A DNA stretch of 60,313 bases from a virus (IMGVR_UViG_3300006116_000003:1-60313); one strand, 5' to 3'. Shown: positions 38,346 to 47,034, counted from the stretch's first letter. Numbers and translations: made by a program. The notes: a model not told the origin generated them from the sequence alone.

Positions 38346-40055
38346 ATGCCTGACAATTTCTCGGACTTCTTCACAAAGACCAACAAGGCCCGCGGCAACT
38401 TGGTTGGCGATGTGCGCGCAGCCGCCGGCAATGTCGTTCCCGACATCGTGGAGATGGGGAAGGGGCTGGCCTCGCTTCCCGCCGCTGCGTGGCATAGTCC
38501 CAAGGACACCGCTCTGGCCGCTGCGCAGGGGCTCTATCAGCCGTATGTTGACATCTACAACAACCCAGAGCAGCAGATGGTCGAGCACCCCGTCGGGACA
38601 GCTCTCTCCCTCATTCCTTTTTTCGGCGCGGCCAAAGCGTTTCTGGGCGGCATGTCGGCGGCCGGTCTGCGCGGCGGTGTGACTGCTGCCGCCCGGTCGC
38701 TCGTGCCGCCTTTGCGCCCGAGGGCGCGTCCGCAGGTGCTTCACACGGTCCCGCACCCCACGACGGGGCTGCCACATGTCACGCCGACTCCGGCTGTCGT
38801 TGAGGCCGTCCAGAACAGTGGCCTCTCGAGGGCAAGCCAGCGCGTCCTGCTGAAGAACCGAAAGTTCCACAAGACGCTGCAGGACGTGGCTGATGCCAAG
38901 GGCACGATTTCTCCGGCCACTGTGCGTGAAGCGGCTCTGCGCGAAGGCGGGGTCAATCCGGAGAACATCACGCGCAGCATGGCCCACCGCGAGGCTCCCG
39001 TGGGCGCTACGCGCGGGCAGCGTACTGGCGCGCAGGCCTACGCGGACTCGAACAGGGCCGCGGCCCGTGAAGCCGTCGGCCTTACGGACGATGTCGCCGC
39101 TCCAGCAGCCCCTCCGCCGCCTCAGCCCATTGGTGACTTCCGGTTCAAGAATGGCCAGTGGGAGAGCCCCAACGGCACCTATGTCGGCGACCGGGCCAAT
39201 GCCGACCTCAGCCGGCTCCACGAGCAAAATTTTGGCTACGACCCGTCTTTCTCTGGAGGCGACGTCTCGGTCGCGCCCCGAGCGACCGGCGTGAAGGGGG
39301 TTGCGCAGGAAATCCTGAGCGAAGATCCGAGCACCTACGGTCCGTCTTCGGTCACGGCTCCGCGTGACGGCGGCGGTCTGGCGACACATCCAATCATTAA
39401 TACGGGTGCCGATGCCCTCTTGGGCGCTATGCGCCTTCCATTCCCTGTAAACATGCTTGCGGAAGGCGCGAAGAACCTTGCCGTGTCCTCCGCCGCAAAG
39501 CGCGCGGGCACAGCCGCCTCTGCTGCGGAAAGGCTGGAAGCTGCTGGCGCAGACGCTGCCCGCAATTTCTCGCTCACTCCCGGCCAGTATTACGGTGGCG
39601 CGGGCCTTACGCTCGGATCGAACATCGCCTCGTCCTTGGGTCGCGATCAGGATCAGCAAGCGCCTGAACAGCCGCCTGCTCCGCGCGTGAACCTTGTACC
39701 CGAAGGCCTGCCCTCGGGCGTTCCTGTCCCGCACGAAAAGCTGCAGGCTGAGGCTCGGGCCGCGGACATGGCCCAAAGCCGTGCGCCCGCACAAGCGCAG
39801 GCCGATGATGAGTATTCGGACGACTACAGCTATCGGCCGCCGGCGCAGCAGGCGGAGCCCGGCATGCACTATGGCGGCCGCACTGCATACAAGTCGGGCG
39901 GAAAGGTGACTTCGGGCATCGAGCCGCTGGTGCAGCGCCTCATGACCGGGTATAAAAAGGCGAAGATGGCGGAGCAGGAAACGACCAAGCCTCTGCTCAA
40001 CCATCACGACCAGACCATTGTTCGCGCGCTGCGCGTGGCCAAGAAGGCAATTTGA
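38346..40055 (+). CDS. Putative second ejection protein
   Basis: Ala-rich, hydrophobic stretch, xxxGG pair near C-terminus. Confidence 0.65.
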   Translation: MPDNFSDFFTKTNKARGNLVGDVRAAAGNVVPDIVEMGKGLASLPAAAWHSPKDTALAAAQGLYQPYVDIYNNPEQQMVEHPVGTALSLIPFFGAAKAFLGGMSAAGLRGGVTAAARSLVPPLRPRARPQVLHTVPHPTTGLPHVTPTPAVVEAVQNSGLSRASQRVLLKNRKFHKTLQDVADAKGTISPATVREAALREGGVNPENITRSMAHREAPVGATRGQRTGAQAYADSNRAAAREAVGLTDDVAAPAAPPPPQPIGDFRFKNGQWESPNGTYVGDRANADLSRLHEQNFGYDPSFSGGDVSVAPRATGVKGVAQEILSEDPSTYGPSSVTAPRDGGGLATHPIINTGADALLGAMRLPFPVNMLAEGAKNLAVSSAAKRAGTAASAAERLEAAGADAARNFSLTPGQYYGGAGLTLGSNIASSLGRDQDQQAPEQPPAPRVNLVPEGLPSGVPVPHEKLQAEARAADMAQSRAPAQAQADDEYSDDYSYRPPAQQAEPGMHYGGRTAYKSGGKVTSGIEPLVQRLMTGYKKAKMAEQETTKPLLNHHDQTIVRALRVAKKAI

Positions 40056-40063
40056 GGTAGATC

Positions 40064-41167
40064 ATGTCCACGACGAACAAGAACCTCAATCAGCCCGCCA
40101 CCGGCTCCTCGAACTGGGACTCGGCGCTGAACACCAATTTCGGGTACATCGACAGTGCCTTTGGCGGTGTGACCTCGATCTCCGGCCTGACGTCGGGGAC
40201 GACCACCCTGACCTCCACGCAGTACACCCCGCCGATCCTGAAGCTGGCCGGCACCCTGACTGGCAACGTCACCATCCAGATCCCGAGCGGCATCGGCGGC
40301 TACTGGTTCGTCTACAACAACTGCGTGAACACGGGCGGCAACACCTACACCGTCACCCTGACCTCGGGCGGCGGCGGATCGTCTGTCGTGCTGACAGCGG
40401 CGTCGTATTCCTCGGTCATCTGCGACGGCACCAACGTCACCTATTCGAGCACGGTGCCCTCGGCGGCCGGCGGCAGCACCACCCAGATCCAGTACAACAA
40501 CGGCGGCACGCTGTCGGGATCCTCGTCGCTGACGTGGAACGCGCTGTCGTCCACCTTCACGGGCACCATCGCGGCCAGCACGAACACCCTCGTCGTCACC
40601 AGCCCCTCGGGCACGATCTACCCCGGCATGACGCTCGGCACGATCACAGGCGGCACCTTCACCTCGCCGACCACCGTGACGATCACGTCTCAGGTCTCGG
40701 GCACCACGGGCGGCGCGGGCAGCTACAGCCTCAGCCAGACCAACACCGGCGGTGCAGGCGCGACGGTGACGACGGCCTCGTTTACCGCGCTCACGACCAA
40801 CTACATCATCGCCTCGCTCACAGGCACCGCCCTGTCGGCGATCAACGTGGCCGGAACGAACAACCCCGTCGGCTACCTGCAGCTCCTCAAGACGACCAGC
40901 CCGACCGTCAGCTCGGCGACCAACGGGTATTTCGTCTACACAAGCAGCAACGTCACAATCACGGCCGCGAACTTCAACGTGCAGGACAACTTCCTGATCG
41001 TGAACAGCAGCGCCTCGCCGATCTCGATCATTGCCGGCACAGGCACGACCATCCGCTTCGCCGGCTCGTCTGTCACGGGAACCCGCACCTTGGCCGCCTA
41101 TGGGCAGGCTTCGGTGCTTTGCGTCGATACCGGGATCTTCTCGGTCGGCGGGGCTGGCGTCTCGTAA
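40064..41167 (+). CDS. Tail fibre protein 2
   Basis: N-terminal LNQP..NWDSALNTNF..ID anchor; QIQYNNGG; C-terminal GGAGVS domain paralogous to fibre 1. Confidence 0.8.
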   Translation: MSTTNKNLNQPATGSSNWDSALNTNFGYIDSAFGGVTSISGLTSGTTTLTSTQYTPPILKLAGTLTGNVTIQIPSGIGGYWFVYNNCVNTGGNTYTVTLTSGGGGSSVVLTAASYSSVICDGTNVTYSSTVPSAAGGSTTQIQYNNGGTLSGSSSLTWNALSSTFTGTIAASTNTLVVTSPSGTIYPGMTLGTITGGTFTSPTTVTITSQVSGTTGGAGSYSLSQTNTGGAGATVTTASFTALTTNYIIASLTGTALSAINVAGTNNPVGYLQLLKTTSPTVSSATNGYFVYTSSNVTITAANFNVQDNFLIVNSSASPISIIAGTGTTIRFAGSSVTGTRTLAAYGQASVLCVDTGIFSVGGAGVS

Positions 41168-41610
41168 TGACCGGGATGATGGTCGCCTTTCAGGGAGCGA
41201 GTAACTTCGCAGGATCGTCGTCGGCGTACACGGTGACCGTGTACTATGCGACGTTCAGCCCGCAGGGCAACCAGCGGTTCAATTCCGGCTATCTGGGCGT
41301 CGGCTACGGCAGCATCACCCCCACCACCTACTTCTCGAACTCGCAGGCCGCGCAGTTCACCGTCTCTTCGCTCTACGCTCTTGGGGCGGGCGACGGCTCA
41401 AGCGGATCGTGCACCCTTTCTCTGGTCCTCACCGGTTCGGTGGTTCCGAATCAGAACGCATTCACTTATGTCAGTGTCGGTGGTAGCGTGTACAACGCGA
41501 CAGACGCCACCTACACGGCTGGGTATAACTCATCCTCGTGGGCATGGACTGCAGCATCCAATCCCTTCGGGACCACCGCCAACGCCAACATCTCTGTTGC
41601 GATCACTTAA
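41167..41610 (+). CDS. Fibre-tip / receptor-binding protein 2
   Basis: TAATG-coupled; starts MTGMM like MTGIL of adhesin 1; S/T/Y-rich. Confidence 0.7.
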   Translation: MTGMMVAFQGASNFAGSSSAYTVTVYYATFSPQGNQRFNSGYLGVGYGSITPTTYFSNSQAAQFTVSSLYALGAGDGSSGSCTLSLVLTGSVVPNQNAFTYVSVGGSVYNATDATYTAGYNSSSWAWTAASNPFGTTANANISVAIT

Positions 41611-41623
41611 GGGCAGCACGTCA

Positions 41624-41914
41624 ATGGACCCCCAAGTTCAATCCTCTCTCGTTACAGGCATCGTGACTCTGGTTACCGGTGCCATTGGCGGCAACTGGCT
41701 TGGCCGGAAGAAGTCCACTGCGGCCTCGACCGAGCGGTGCGACAAGATCTGTGGCCTGATGGTCAACAGCTTCGACAAGCTGCTGACGGCCTTGGACGTG
41801 GTCGGCGAGCCGCCGGAGATGAGAACCGCGATTCGTGAGGCACGCGACAGCATCGTGACGGCCAAGAACTATCTCGGCATGCACGGGTCGGAATTGAAGG
41901 TCACGGCGGAATGA
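41624..41914 (+). CDS. Holin/antiholin-like membrane protein
   Basis: One N-terminal TM helix; overlaps the endolysin start. Confidence 0.55.
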   Translation: MDPQVQSSLVTGIVTLVTGAIGGNWLGRKKSTAASTERCDKICGLMVNSFDKLLTALDVVGEPPEMRTAIREARDSIVTAKNYLGMHGSELKVTAE

Positions 41915-42360
41915 CCCCCTCAAGCGATTGCCTCTGGCTGATCCGCCGCTTTGAAGGCTTCCGGCCCGAGGCCTACCTGTGCCCGGCCGGAAAGTGGACC
42001 ATCGGCTGGGGCCACACGGGGCACGACGTGTCGCCGGGCCTGACGTGGAAGCAGGACAAGGCCGATGCGGTGATGGCCGCTGACGTCGCTCATAGCTGGG
42101 GCGGCATCCAGAAGCTGGTCGGCAAGTGCACACAGGGCCAGTGCGATGCCCTGACCGACTTCGCCTTCAACCTCGGCGTCAACGCGCTGCTCGGCTCGAC
42201 CCTTCTCGAGAAGCACAAGGCCGGCGACTATGCCGGCGCTGCGGCTGAATTTTCGAAGTGGTGCTATGCCCACGTCAATGGCAAGCTGATCCAGCTACCC
42301 GGCCTTGTGAGCCGCCGGGCCGCAGAGGCTGACATCTATAGGAAGGGAACCGAAGCATGA
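41911..42360 (+). CDS. Endolysin, GH24 phage lysozyme
   Basis: FEG...AYLCPAGKWTIGWGHT, DAL.DFAFNLG, GLVSRRAAE. Confidence 0.92.
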   Translation: MTPSSDCLWLIRRFEGFRPEAYLCPAGKWTIGWGHTGHDVSPGLTWKQDKADAVMAADVAHSWGGIQKLVGKCTQGQCDALTDFAFNLGVNALLGSTLLEKHKAGDYAGAAAEFSKWCYAHVNGKLIQLPGLVSRRAAEADIYRKGTEA

Positions 42361-42521
42361 TGGAATGGATGCGCGCTCGCTCGCAGGAGCTTTCGACCAA
42401 GATCGGGGCGATCATCGCCGCGGCGGCTGGCGCTGCGACTGTGGCGAACAACTTGTCGAGCCCTTGGAATTACGTGGCCTTCGGCGCGGCTATCCTTCTC
42501 GCCGTCTTCCCCGAGAAGTGA
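42357..42521 (+). CDS. Small two-TM protein, putative holin
   Basis: 54 aa (MMEWMRARSQ...AILLAVFPEK); ATGA overlap; not in the ORF track. Confidence 0.6.
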   Translation: MMEWMRARSQELSTKIGAIIAAAAGAATVANNLSSPWNYVAFGAAILLAVFPEK

Positions 42522-42524
42522 CCG

Positions 42525-43100
42525 GTGCTTGGCCTCCTGCTTAGCGGGGGCATGAGATTCGTCTCTGGCCTCTTCAAGGAGCCGCTGCTTCTCGCCCTTT
42601 TTGCGGTCGCCATCATGTTCTCGCTGGTGGCCGGCTGGGGCGAGATGAACAAGAAAAAGTACCTTCACGCCGAGCAGTCGGTGAAGGCGCTGCAGCAAAG
42701 TGTGGACAACCTCAAGCAGGGAATCGCCGAGGTCAATGCGAGGGCCGCGGCGAACAAGGCTGCAGTTGAGGGCAACCAGAAGGCGATCAGTCATGATGAG
42801 GAAAGATCTATTCGCGGCAAGCTTGCTGATGCTCTTGAGCGCCTGCGGAACACCCAAGCCAGTCTCGACGCGGCCGGATCCGGCGCTGTGCCCCAAGCTG
42901 CCGGAACCCCCGCCAGTGCTGCTGGAGCCGGTGGACAGGCCAAGCTGGATGAAGTCGCCTGCACCTCGGCCGTGATCAAGGCCGAAGGGTGGCAGGACTG
43001 GTATGCGAAGATGCGTGCTGCCTCAGGTCCGGCGGGCCAGCAGCCGGCCCAGCAGAATAACCTCGGGGCCAATGTCCTCGGGGGTCTCCCCAGTCAGTAG
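42525..43100 (+). CDS. i-spanin (Rz-like)
   Basis: N-terminal TM plus coiled coil; contains a nested lipoprotein gene. Confidence 0.75.
   Translation: MLGLLLSGGMRFVSGLFKEPLLLALFAVAIMFSLVAGWGEMNKKKYLHAEQSVKALQQSVDNLKQGIAEVNARAAANKAAVEGNQKAISHDEERSIRGKLADALERLRNTQASLDAAGSGAVPQAAGTPASAAGAGGQAKLDEVACTSAVIKAEGWQDWYAKMRAASGPAGQQPAQQNNLGANVLGGLPSQ
42793..42975 (+). CDS. o-spanin (Rz1-like) embedded in +1 frame
   Basis: Lipobox LLSAC, Pro-rich mature peptide, fully nested in Rz. Confidence 0.8.
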   Translation: MMRKDLFAASLLMLLSACGTPKPVSTRPDPALCPKLPEPPPVLLEPVDRPSWMKSPAPRP

Positions 43101-43337
43101 GCGCTGCTGGAGCTTGCCGAGGGCCTCAGCGGCCGCTGCGGCGTGATCAGTCACTGCGAACTGGAGGTGCTGGAAATCGGCGCGAGGCGGGAGATCGTCC
43201 GAGGCGAGAGGCTTGCACGTCATGTCGAGATCTCCGTGCTGGTCCGGCAGGATGTGGAAATTGGCGAGATACTCGTCGATGCAGGGCGCGCAGAAGTTGG
43301 CCTTCGGGGTTCCGTGCTCGCATGTCTTTCGCTTCAT
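43023..43337 (-). CDS. Hypothetical protein (CxH/CxxC)
   Basis: Coupled to upstream minus-strand gene; overlaps Rz end convergently. Confidence 0.5.
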   Translation of the reverse strand: MKRKTCEHGTPKANFCAPCIDEYLANFHILPDQHGDLDMTCKPLASDDLPPRADFQHLQFAVTDHAAAAAEALGKLQQRLLTGETPEDIGPEVILLGRLLARRT

Positions 43338-43573
43338 GCGGAAAATTCCTTCACCTTGCCGATGTGCATGCAGCCGATGGCTACAGGCCCCTTGCTGTAA
43401 TAGGTGACGGAGTTGTGGCTGCTGTCCTTGTAGACTTCGTTCACAGTGATGAAGTCGGACTCGGCCATGATCTCCATAAGATCTTCGAGCGTATCGGCCT
43501 CATGGTCGCCAATAATTTGGTGGACGAGATGGCCACTGAAGCTCGGCATATTCATTGTGAAGAGAAATCGCAT
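43334..43573 (-). CDS. Hypothetical protein
   Basis: GGAG RBS; MRFLFTMNMPS start. Confidence 0.65.
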   Translation of the reverse strand: MRFLFTMNMPSFSGHLVHQIIGDHEADTLEDLMEIMAESDFITVNEVYKDSSHNSVTYYSKGPVAIGCMHIGKVKEFSA

Positions 43574-43590
43574 ACTATAGCTCCGAGGAA

Positions 43591-43614
43591 AGGGCGAGGC
43601 CGTAGCCCCGCCCT
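43591..43614 (-). terminator. Stem-loop with c(UACG)g tetraloop
   Basis: AGGGCGGGGC-TACG-GCCTCGCCCT-TT on minus strand after the SSB-like gene. Confidence 0.6.
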
Positions 43615-43625
43615 CCACTCGTTAC

Positions 43626-44276
43626 TTAGCCGAAGTCGTCTTCATCAGCAACCGGAGCCGAAACCTTGGTGCTCCCGGTCGTGGGAGCGTGCGAGGCCTT
43701 GGTCTCGGTGGCCGCTTCGGTAGCGCGCGGCACGTAGGTCAGGTCGCTGGGGCGTGCAGCCCACGAGACCAGCTCAAACACCGGCGAATAGTTGGTGGTC
43801 TTGTTGCCACCGCCTTCCGAGGTGATCGGGATGGTGTCCTTGAGCACGAACACCGGCAGCTTGCCGGGGTTGGCGGCGGCACCAGACACGTAGGCGTCGT
43901 GCGCGGCGTCGATGCCGCGGAGGAAGGCCTTGGCCGTCGAAGCCAGCTCGCGGACGTCACCGCCGCATTCCTTGGTCAGCTTCACCAGAACGCGCGCACC
44001 CGGCTTGTGGCCCGGAGTCGGAGGGCTGGTCACCTTCGACTTGCTGTCGATGTGGGCCAGAGCGAAGCTCGGCGCACCACCGGTGTTGAAGTCGATGAAG
44101 CCGGTCTCGAGGTTCTCGAAGTCGAAGACCGCCTTGAACGAACGGGTGATGTCGATCTGCTCGTTCTCGCCGTTCACGCGGTCGCGGCGGAACATGCGGC
44201 CAGCCTTCGCATCGTACTTGACGATGGGGATGATGTCGCCGCTCGAGGCCGCTTCGTAGTTGATGCCAATAGCCAT
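43626..44276 (-). CDS. Putative ssDNA-binding/annealing protein
   Basis: Acidic aromatic C-terminus (ADEDDFG); adjacent to exonuclease. Confidence 0.6.
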   Translation of the reverse strand: MAIGINYEAASSGDIIPIVKYDAKAGRMFRRDRVNGENEQIDITRSFKAVFDFENLETGFIDFNTGGAPSFALAHIDSKSKVTSPPTPGHKPGARVLVKLTKECGGDVRELASTAKAFLRGIDAAHDAYVSGAAANPGKLPVFVLKDTIPITSEGGGNKTTNYSPVFELVSWAARPSDLTYVPRATEAATETKASHAPTTGSTKVSAPVADEDDFG

Positions 44277-44341
44277 TTACGTCTTCCTTTTTCGCAGCGA
44301 TCTAGCCCGCCGCTTGCTTCTCCGCACGTCGCGGAAACTGG

Positions 44342-45094
44342 TTACATGCCCCAGATCTCGAACACCTCGTGGCGGGTGACTGGGTCATCGAAATAGAAGC
44401 TGTCAACGTCAGGGATCACGAGAGCGGCAAGCTCGAGCGGATCTTCGCTGATGGACAGGAATTTCTGGATCGTCAGGGCGACACGCTCAAGAGACTTGAG
44501 GTGCTGGTCGTAATTCTCGAGCTCATACGTCGCCACCTTCGAGGGCGTGGTGTAGGAGATGCGGGCCGACAGGTTGTTGCCCCGCACGGCCTTGTAGAGC
44601 GACACCTGACGGGCATGCGGCACACTGATCTTGCTGGGCAGCCGGTGCGTCGTCTTGAGGTCGATCAGGATGCCCTTGTGCTCCCACTCGAAGTCGTAAT
44701 AGCCGATGATCGGCACGGCCAAGCCTTCGACCGTGTGCGAGACGTGGCCCTGCAGCGACGACGGGATGCCGTAGGGGCGCAGCTCCTGCAGGCCGGTCTT
44801 CACGAAGCCGGGAATCGCGTCCCGCTCCTTCTCGACGCGGGGATCGGTGCTCAGCGCAGTCAGCGTGTTGTACTGCTCACGCGCGGCCGCAACGCACTCC
44901 TCGAGCGATGCTTTCGGGTTCACGAGGCCGTGGGCAATGCCTGTTTCCGAGGCTGTCCCGCGGTGCGCCGCCGGCCCGACGGGGTTGTTCCGCTTCATGC
45001 ACTTCTGCAGGATGAAGGCCGCGGGGGAGTTGACGAAGGTGTTGCAGGATGACGGGGAAAGGTGCTGCATCCCGTACTTTTCGAAGGGGCTCAT
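44342..45094 (-). CDS. PD-(D/E)XK (RecB/Cas4-like) exonuclease
   Basis: HLSPSS, RGTASE, IGYYDF..LIDLKT, HARQVSLY. Confidence 0.85.
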   Translation of the reverse strand: MSPFEKYGMQHLSPSSCNTFVNSPAAFILQKCMKRNNPVGPAAHRGTASETGIAHGLVNPKASLEECVAAAREQYNTLTALSTDPRVEKERDAIPGFVKTGLQELRPYGIPSSLQGHVSHTVEGLAVPIIGYYDFEWEHKGILIDLKTTHRLPSKISVPHARQVSLYKAVRGNNLSARISYTTPSKVATYELENYDQHLKSLERVALTIQKFLSISEDPLELAALVIPDVDSFYFDDPVTRHEVFEIWGM

Positions 45095-45250
45095 ATCTGT
45101 CCTTGCGTATCTCGTGCCCGAGAAATCGGGCAAAAGGGGTCTGCTGTCAAGCGATGGTCTGAAAATTATTTCCTTCGCATGACTTGCACTGACTATCGTT
45201 TTACGCCATGAAGCGGCAGGCCCAAGCGCGCCGCTATCGAAAGGAAAGAG

Positions 45251-45505
45251 ATGATCAAGATCGTTCGACAGGCCTCCGCGCCGCTGAACAAAAAGACAAA
45301 AAGCTACCCACTACACGAGCTTCAGGTCGGCGATGGCCTCGACCTGCCCGACGACATGGGGAACTACGGAAACGGCCGCTCGCGCCGCGAGGTGTCCGTG
45401 CGTAACTCTGTGGGTTTCTTCCGCAAGCGCAACCCCGATCATCGGTTCGAGATCGGCTGGCACCCGAGGAAGGAAAACGTGATTCGCGTTGTCCGCATCG
45501 CATAG
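45251..45505 (+). CDS. Small basic protein (YPxxxLxVGD family), paralog of 49818
   Basis: YPLHELQVGDGLDL..IRVVRI. Confidence 0.7.
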   Translation: MIKIVRQASAPLNKKTKSYPLHELQVGDGLDLPDDMGNYGNGRSRREVSVRNSVGFFRKRNPDHRFEIGWHPRKENVIRVVRIA

Positions 45506-45516
45506 GGGAGGGATCG

Positions 45517-45696
45517 ATGAAGTTGACGGAAAGCCAGAAGCGGTGGATCCGCCTGACGAAGAAGATTGAACGACTCGAGCGTCTGGTCGTCTTGACCAAG
45601 GCCGAGAGAGCGCAGATCAAAAGCCCGGTGATGGAAGACCTGAAGTGCTGGGGGCTGCGCGACGAAGCGATTACCAACCGGCTGAAGGCCGCATAA
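45517..45696 (+). CDS. Hypothetical protein
   Basis: GGGAGG RBS; 59 aa. Confidence 0.55.
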   Translation: MKLTESQKRWIRLTKKIERLERLVVLTKAERAQIKSPVMEDLKCWGLRDEAITNRLKAA

Positions 45697-45712
45697 CGAA
45701 GAGGAGATAGAC

Positions 45713-45928
45713 GTGAAGGATAATTACGCATTCCCCGCGGGGCCTCGTCCCGGCATGGAGCTGCGCGACTGGTTCGCCGGCCTCGCAATGCAGGCGCTGG
45801 TGACGCGCTATGGCTCCGACCTGTCCATGCAATTGGGTGCCGTTTCGGCATACACCGTCTCGGACGCATTGCTTCAGGTCCGCGACATGACCGAAGAACA
45901 GCGCGACGAATTCCTCCGCGAAGACTGA
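45713..45928 (+). CDS. Hypothetical phage protein
   Basis: AFP..GMELRDWFAGLAMQAL..AY..SDALL family. Confidence 0.75.
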   Translation: MKDNYAFPAGPRPGMELRDWFAGLAMQALVTRYGSDLSMQLGAVSAYTVSDALLQVRDMTEEQRDEFLRED

Positions 45929-45949
45929 AGATAGAAGGGATAACATCTG

Positions 45950-46186
45950 ATGACCTATGAAATTGCACAAGACCGCCTGCGCCTGCTGATCGAGCGCATC
46001 GAGAACCTGAACGAGGACAAGAAAAACATCTCGGACGACATCAAGGACGTGTTCCTCGAGGCAAAGGCTGGCGGCTTCGACGTCAAGGCGATGCGCGAGA
46101 TCATCAAGCTGCGCAAAAAGAACAAGGACGAGCGTGACGCCGAAGAGGCTATGGTCGAACTGTACAAGGGGGCTCTGGGGCTGTGA
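45950..46186 (+). CDS. gapR: GapR-like (DUF2312) DNA-binding protein
   Basis: RLRLLIERIENL.EDKK.I.DDIKDVF.EAK..GFDVK.MR.II.LRK. Confidence 0.9.
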   Translation: MTYEIAQDRLRLLIERIENLNEDKKNISDDIKDVFLEAKAGGFDVKAMREIIKLRKKNKDERDAEEAMVELYKGALGL

Positions 46187-46509
46187 GGGACGTTCTCGCA
46201 ATCATCGGCATCGCCATCGCCGCCTTCTGCGGCGTGGTCCTGCTGGCCTTCGGCCTCAACTACGTCTCCCTGACAGCTCAAGGCTTCTTTGCGCCGCGCT
46301 ACACGGCCATTGACGCCAAGGTCTTCAAGGAGAGCGTCCAGTACAACGAGGGCATGGTCCGCGACCTGTCCGAGCTGGAGCGCCAGTACAAGCAGGCCGA
46401 CGCCGACGGGAAGGCCGCGCTGCGGCCGATCATCCGCCACCGCTTCGAGGTGTATGACGAAGGCCGCCTGCCGGCCGATCTCGCCGCCTTCTACGACAGC
46501 ATCAAGTAA
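46183..46509 (+). CDS. Membrane-anchored protein
   Basis: N-terminal TM; FKESVQYNEGM. Confidence 0.7.
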   Translation: MRDVLAIIGIAIAAFCGVVLLAFGLNYVSLTAQGFFAPRYTAIDAKVFKESVQYNEGMVRDLSELERQYKQADADGKAALRPIIRHRFEVYDEGRLPADLAAFYDSIK

Positions 46510-46519
46510 GGGTCAGATC

Positions 46520-47017
46520 ATGAAGAGAATGATTATCGCGTTGCCCCTGCTCGCCCTCGCGGCGTGCGTTGACCGGACGCCGCAGTCCTCGGATCAACTG
46601 GCCAACCAGCAGCAGGAACGGCTGTCGAAGCAGTCGGTCCAGTCTGTCGGCCTGCCGGCCATTACCAACTTTCAGGAGAAGCGTATCCTGAAGGACATCC
46701 TCGAGCTGCGCGACACGCCGAACCTCGTCACCTACACGTACCTCACCGACCTCAATGGGCGGCTGCACAAGGTCTGCGATAGCATCGGCTACGGGGTGCC
46801 CTATGCCACCCAGTACACCAGCCCGCAGAAGCTGGTGTGGAGCAACGGTCAGGACAATGGCCACATCCCGATGCCGCAGGCCGACCCCAATGGCCTGTTC
46901 AGCCCCGCTGCGGCCGATGGCACTTGGGTGCTGTGCCGGGTGCCGGGCAAGGATGACGTGAAGCCGGTTTACATCGAGCCGCGGATCATCACGTCGCCCT
47001 TCCCTCTGTCCTCTTAA
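46520..47017 (+). CDS. Lipoprotein
   Basis: MKR..LLALAAC lipobox; SIGYGVPYATQYT..QADPNGLF..GTWVLC. Confidence 0.75.
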   Translation: MKRMIIALPLLALAACVDRTPQSSDQLANQQQERLSKQSVQSVGLPAITNFQEKRILKDILELRDTPNLVTYTYLTDLNGRLHKVCDSIGYGVPYATQYTSPQKLVWSNGQDNGHIPMPQADPNGLFSPAAADGTWVLCRVPGKDDVKPVYIEPRIITSPFPLSS

Positions 47018-47034
47018 CTGGATACCATCCCGTC

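Noticed and set aside
28846-40780. DGR template/variable repeat pair
   Set aside because: Differences are largely synonymous and not adenine-specific; no reverse transcriptase gene
44342-45094. Cas4 of a CRISPR system
   Set aside because: No four-Cys cluster; context next to an SSB-like gene indicates a recombination exonuclease
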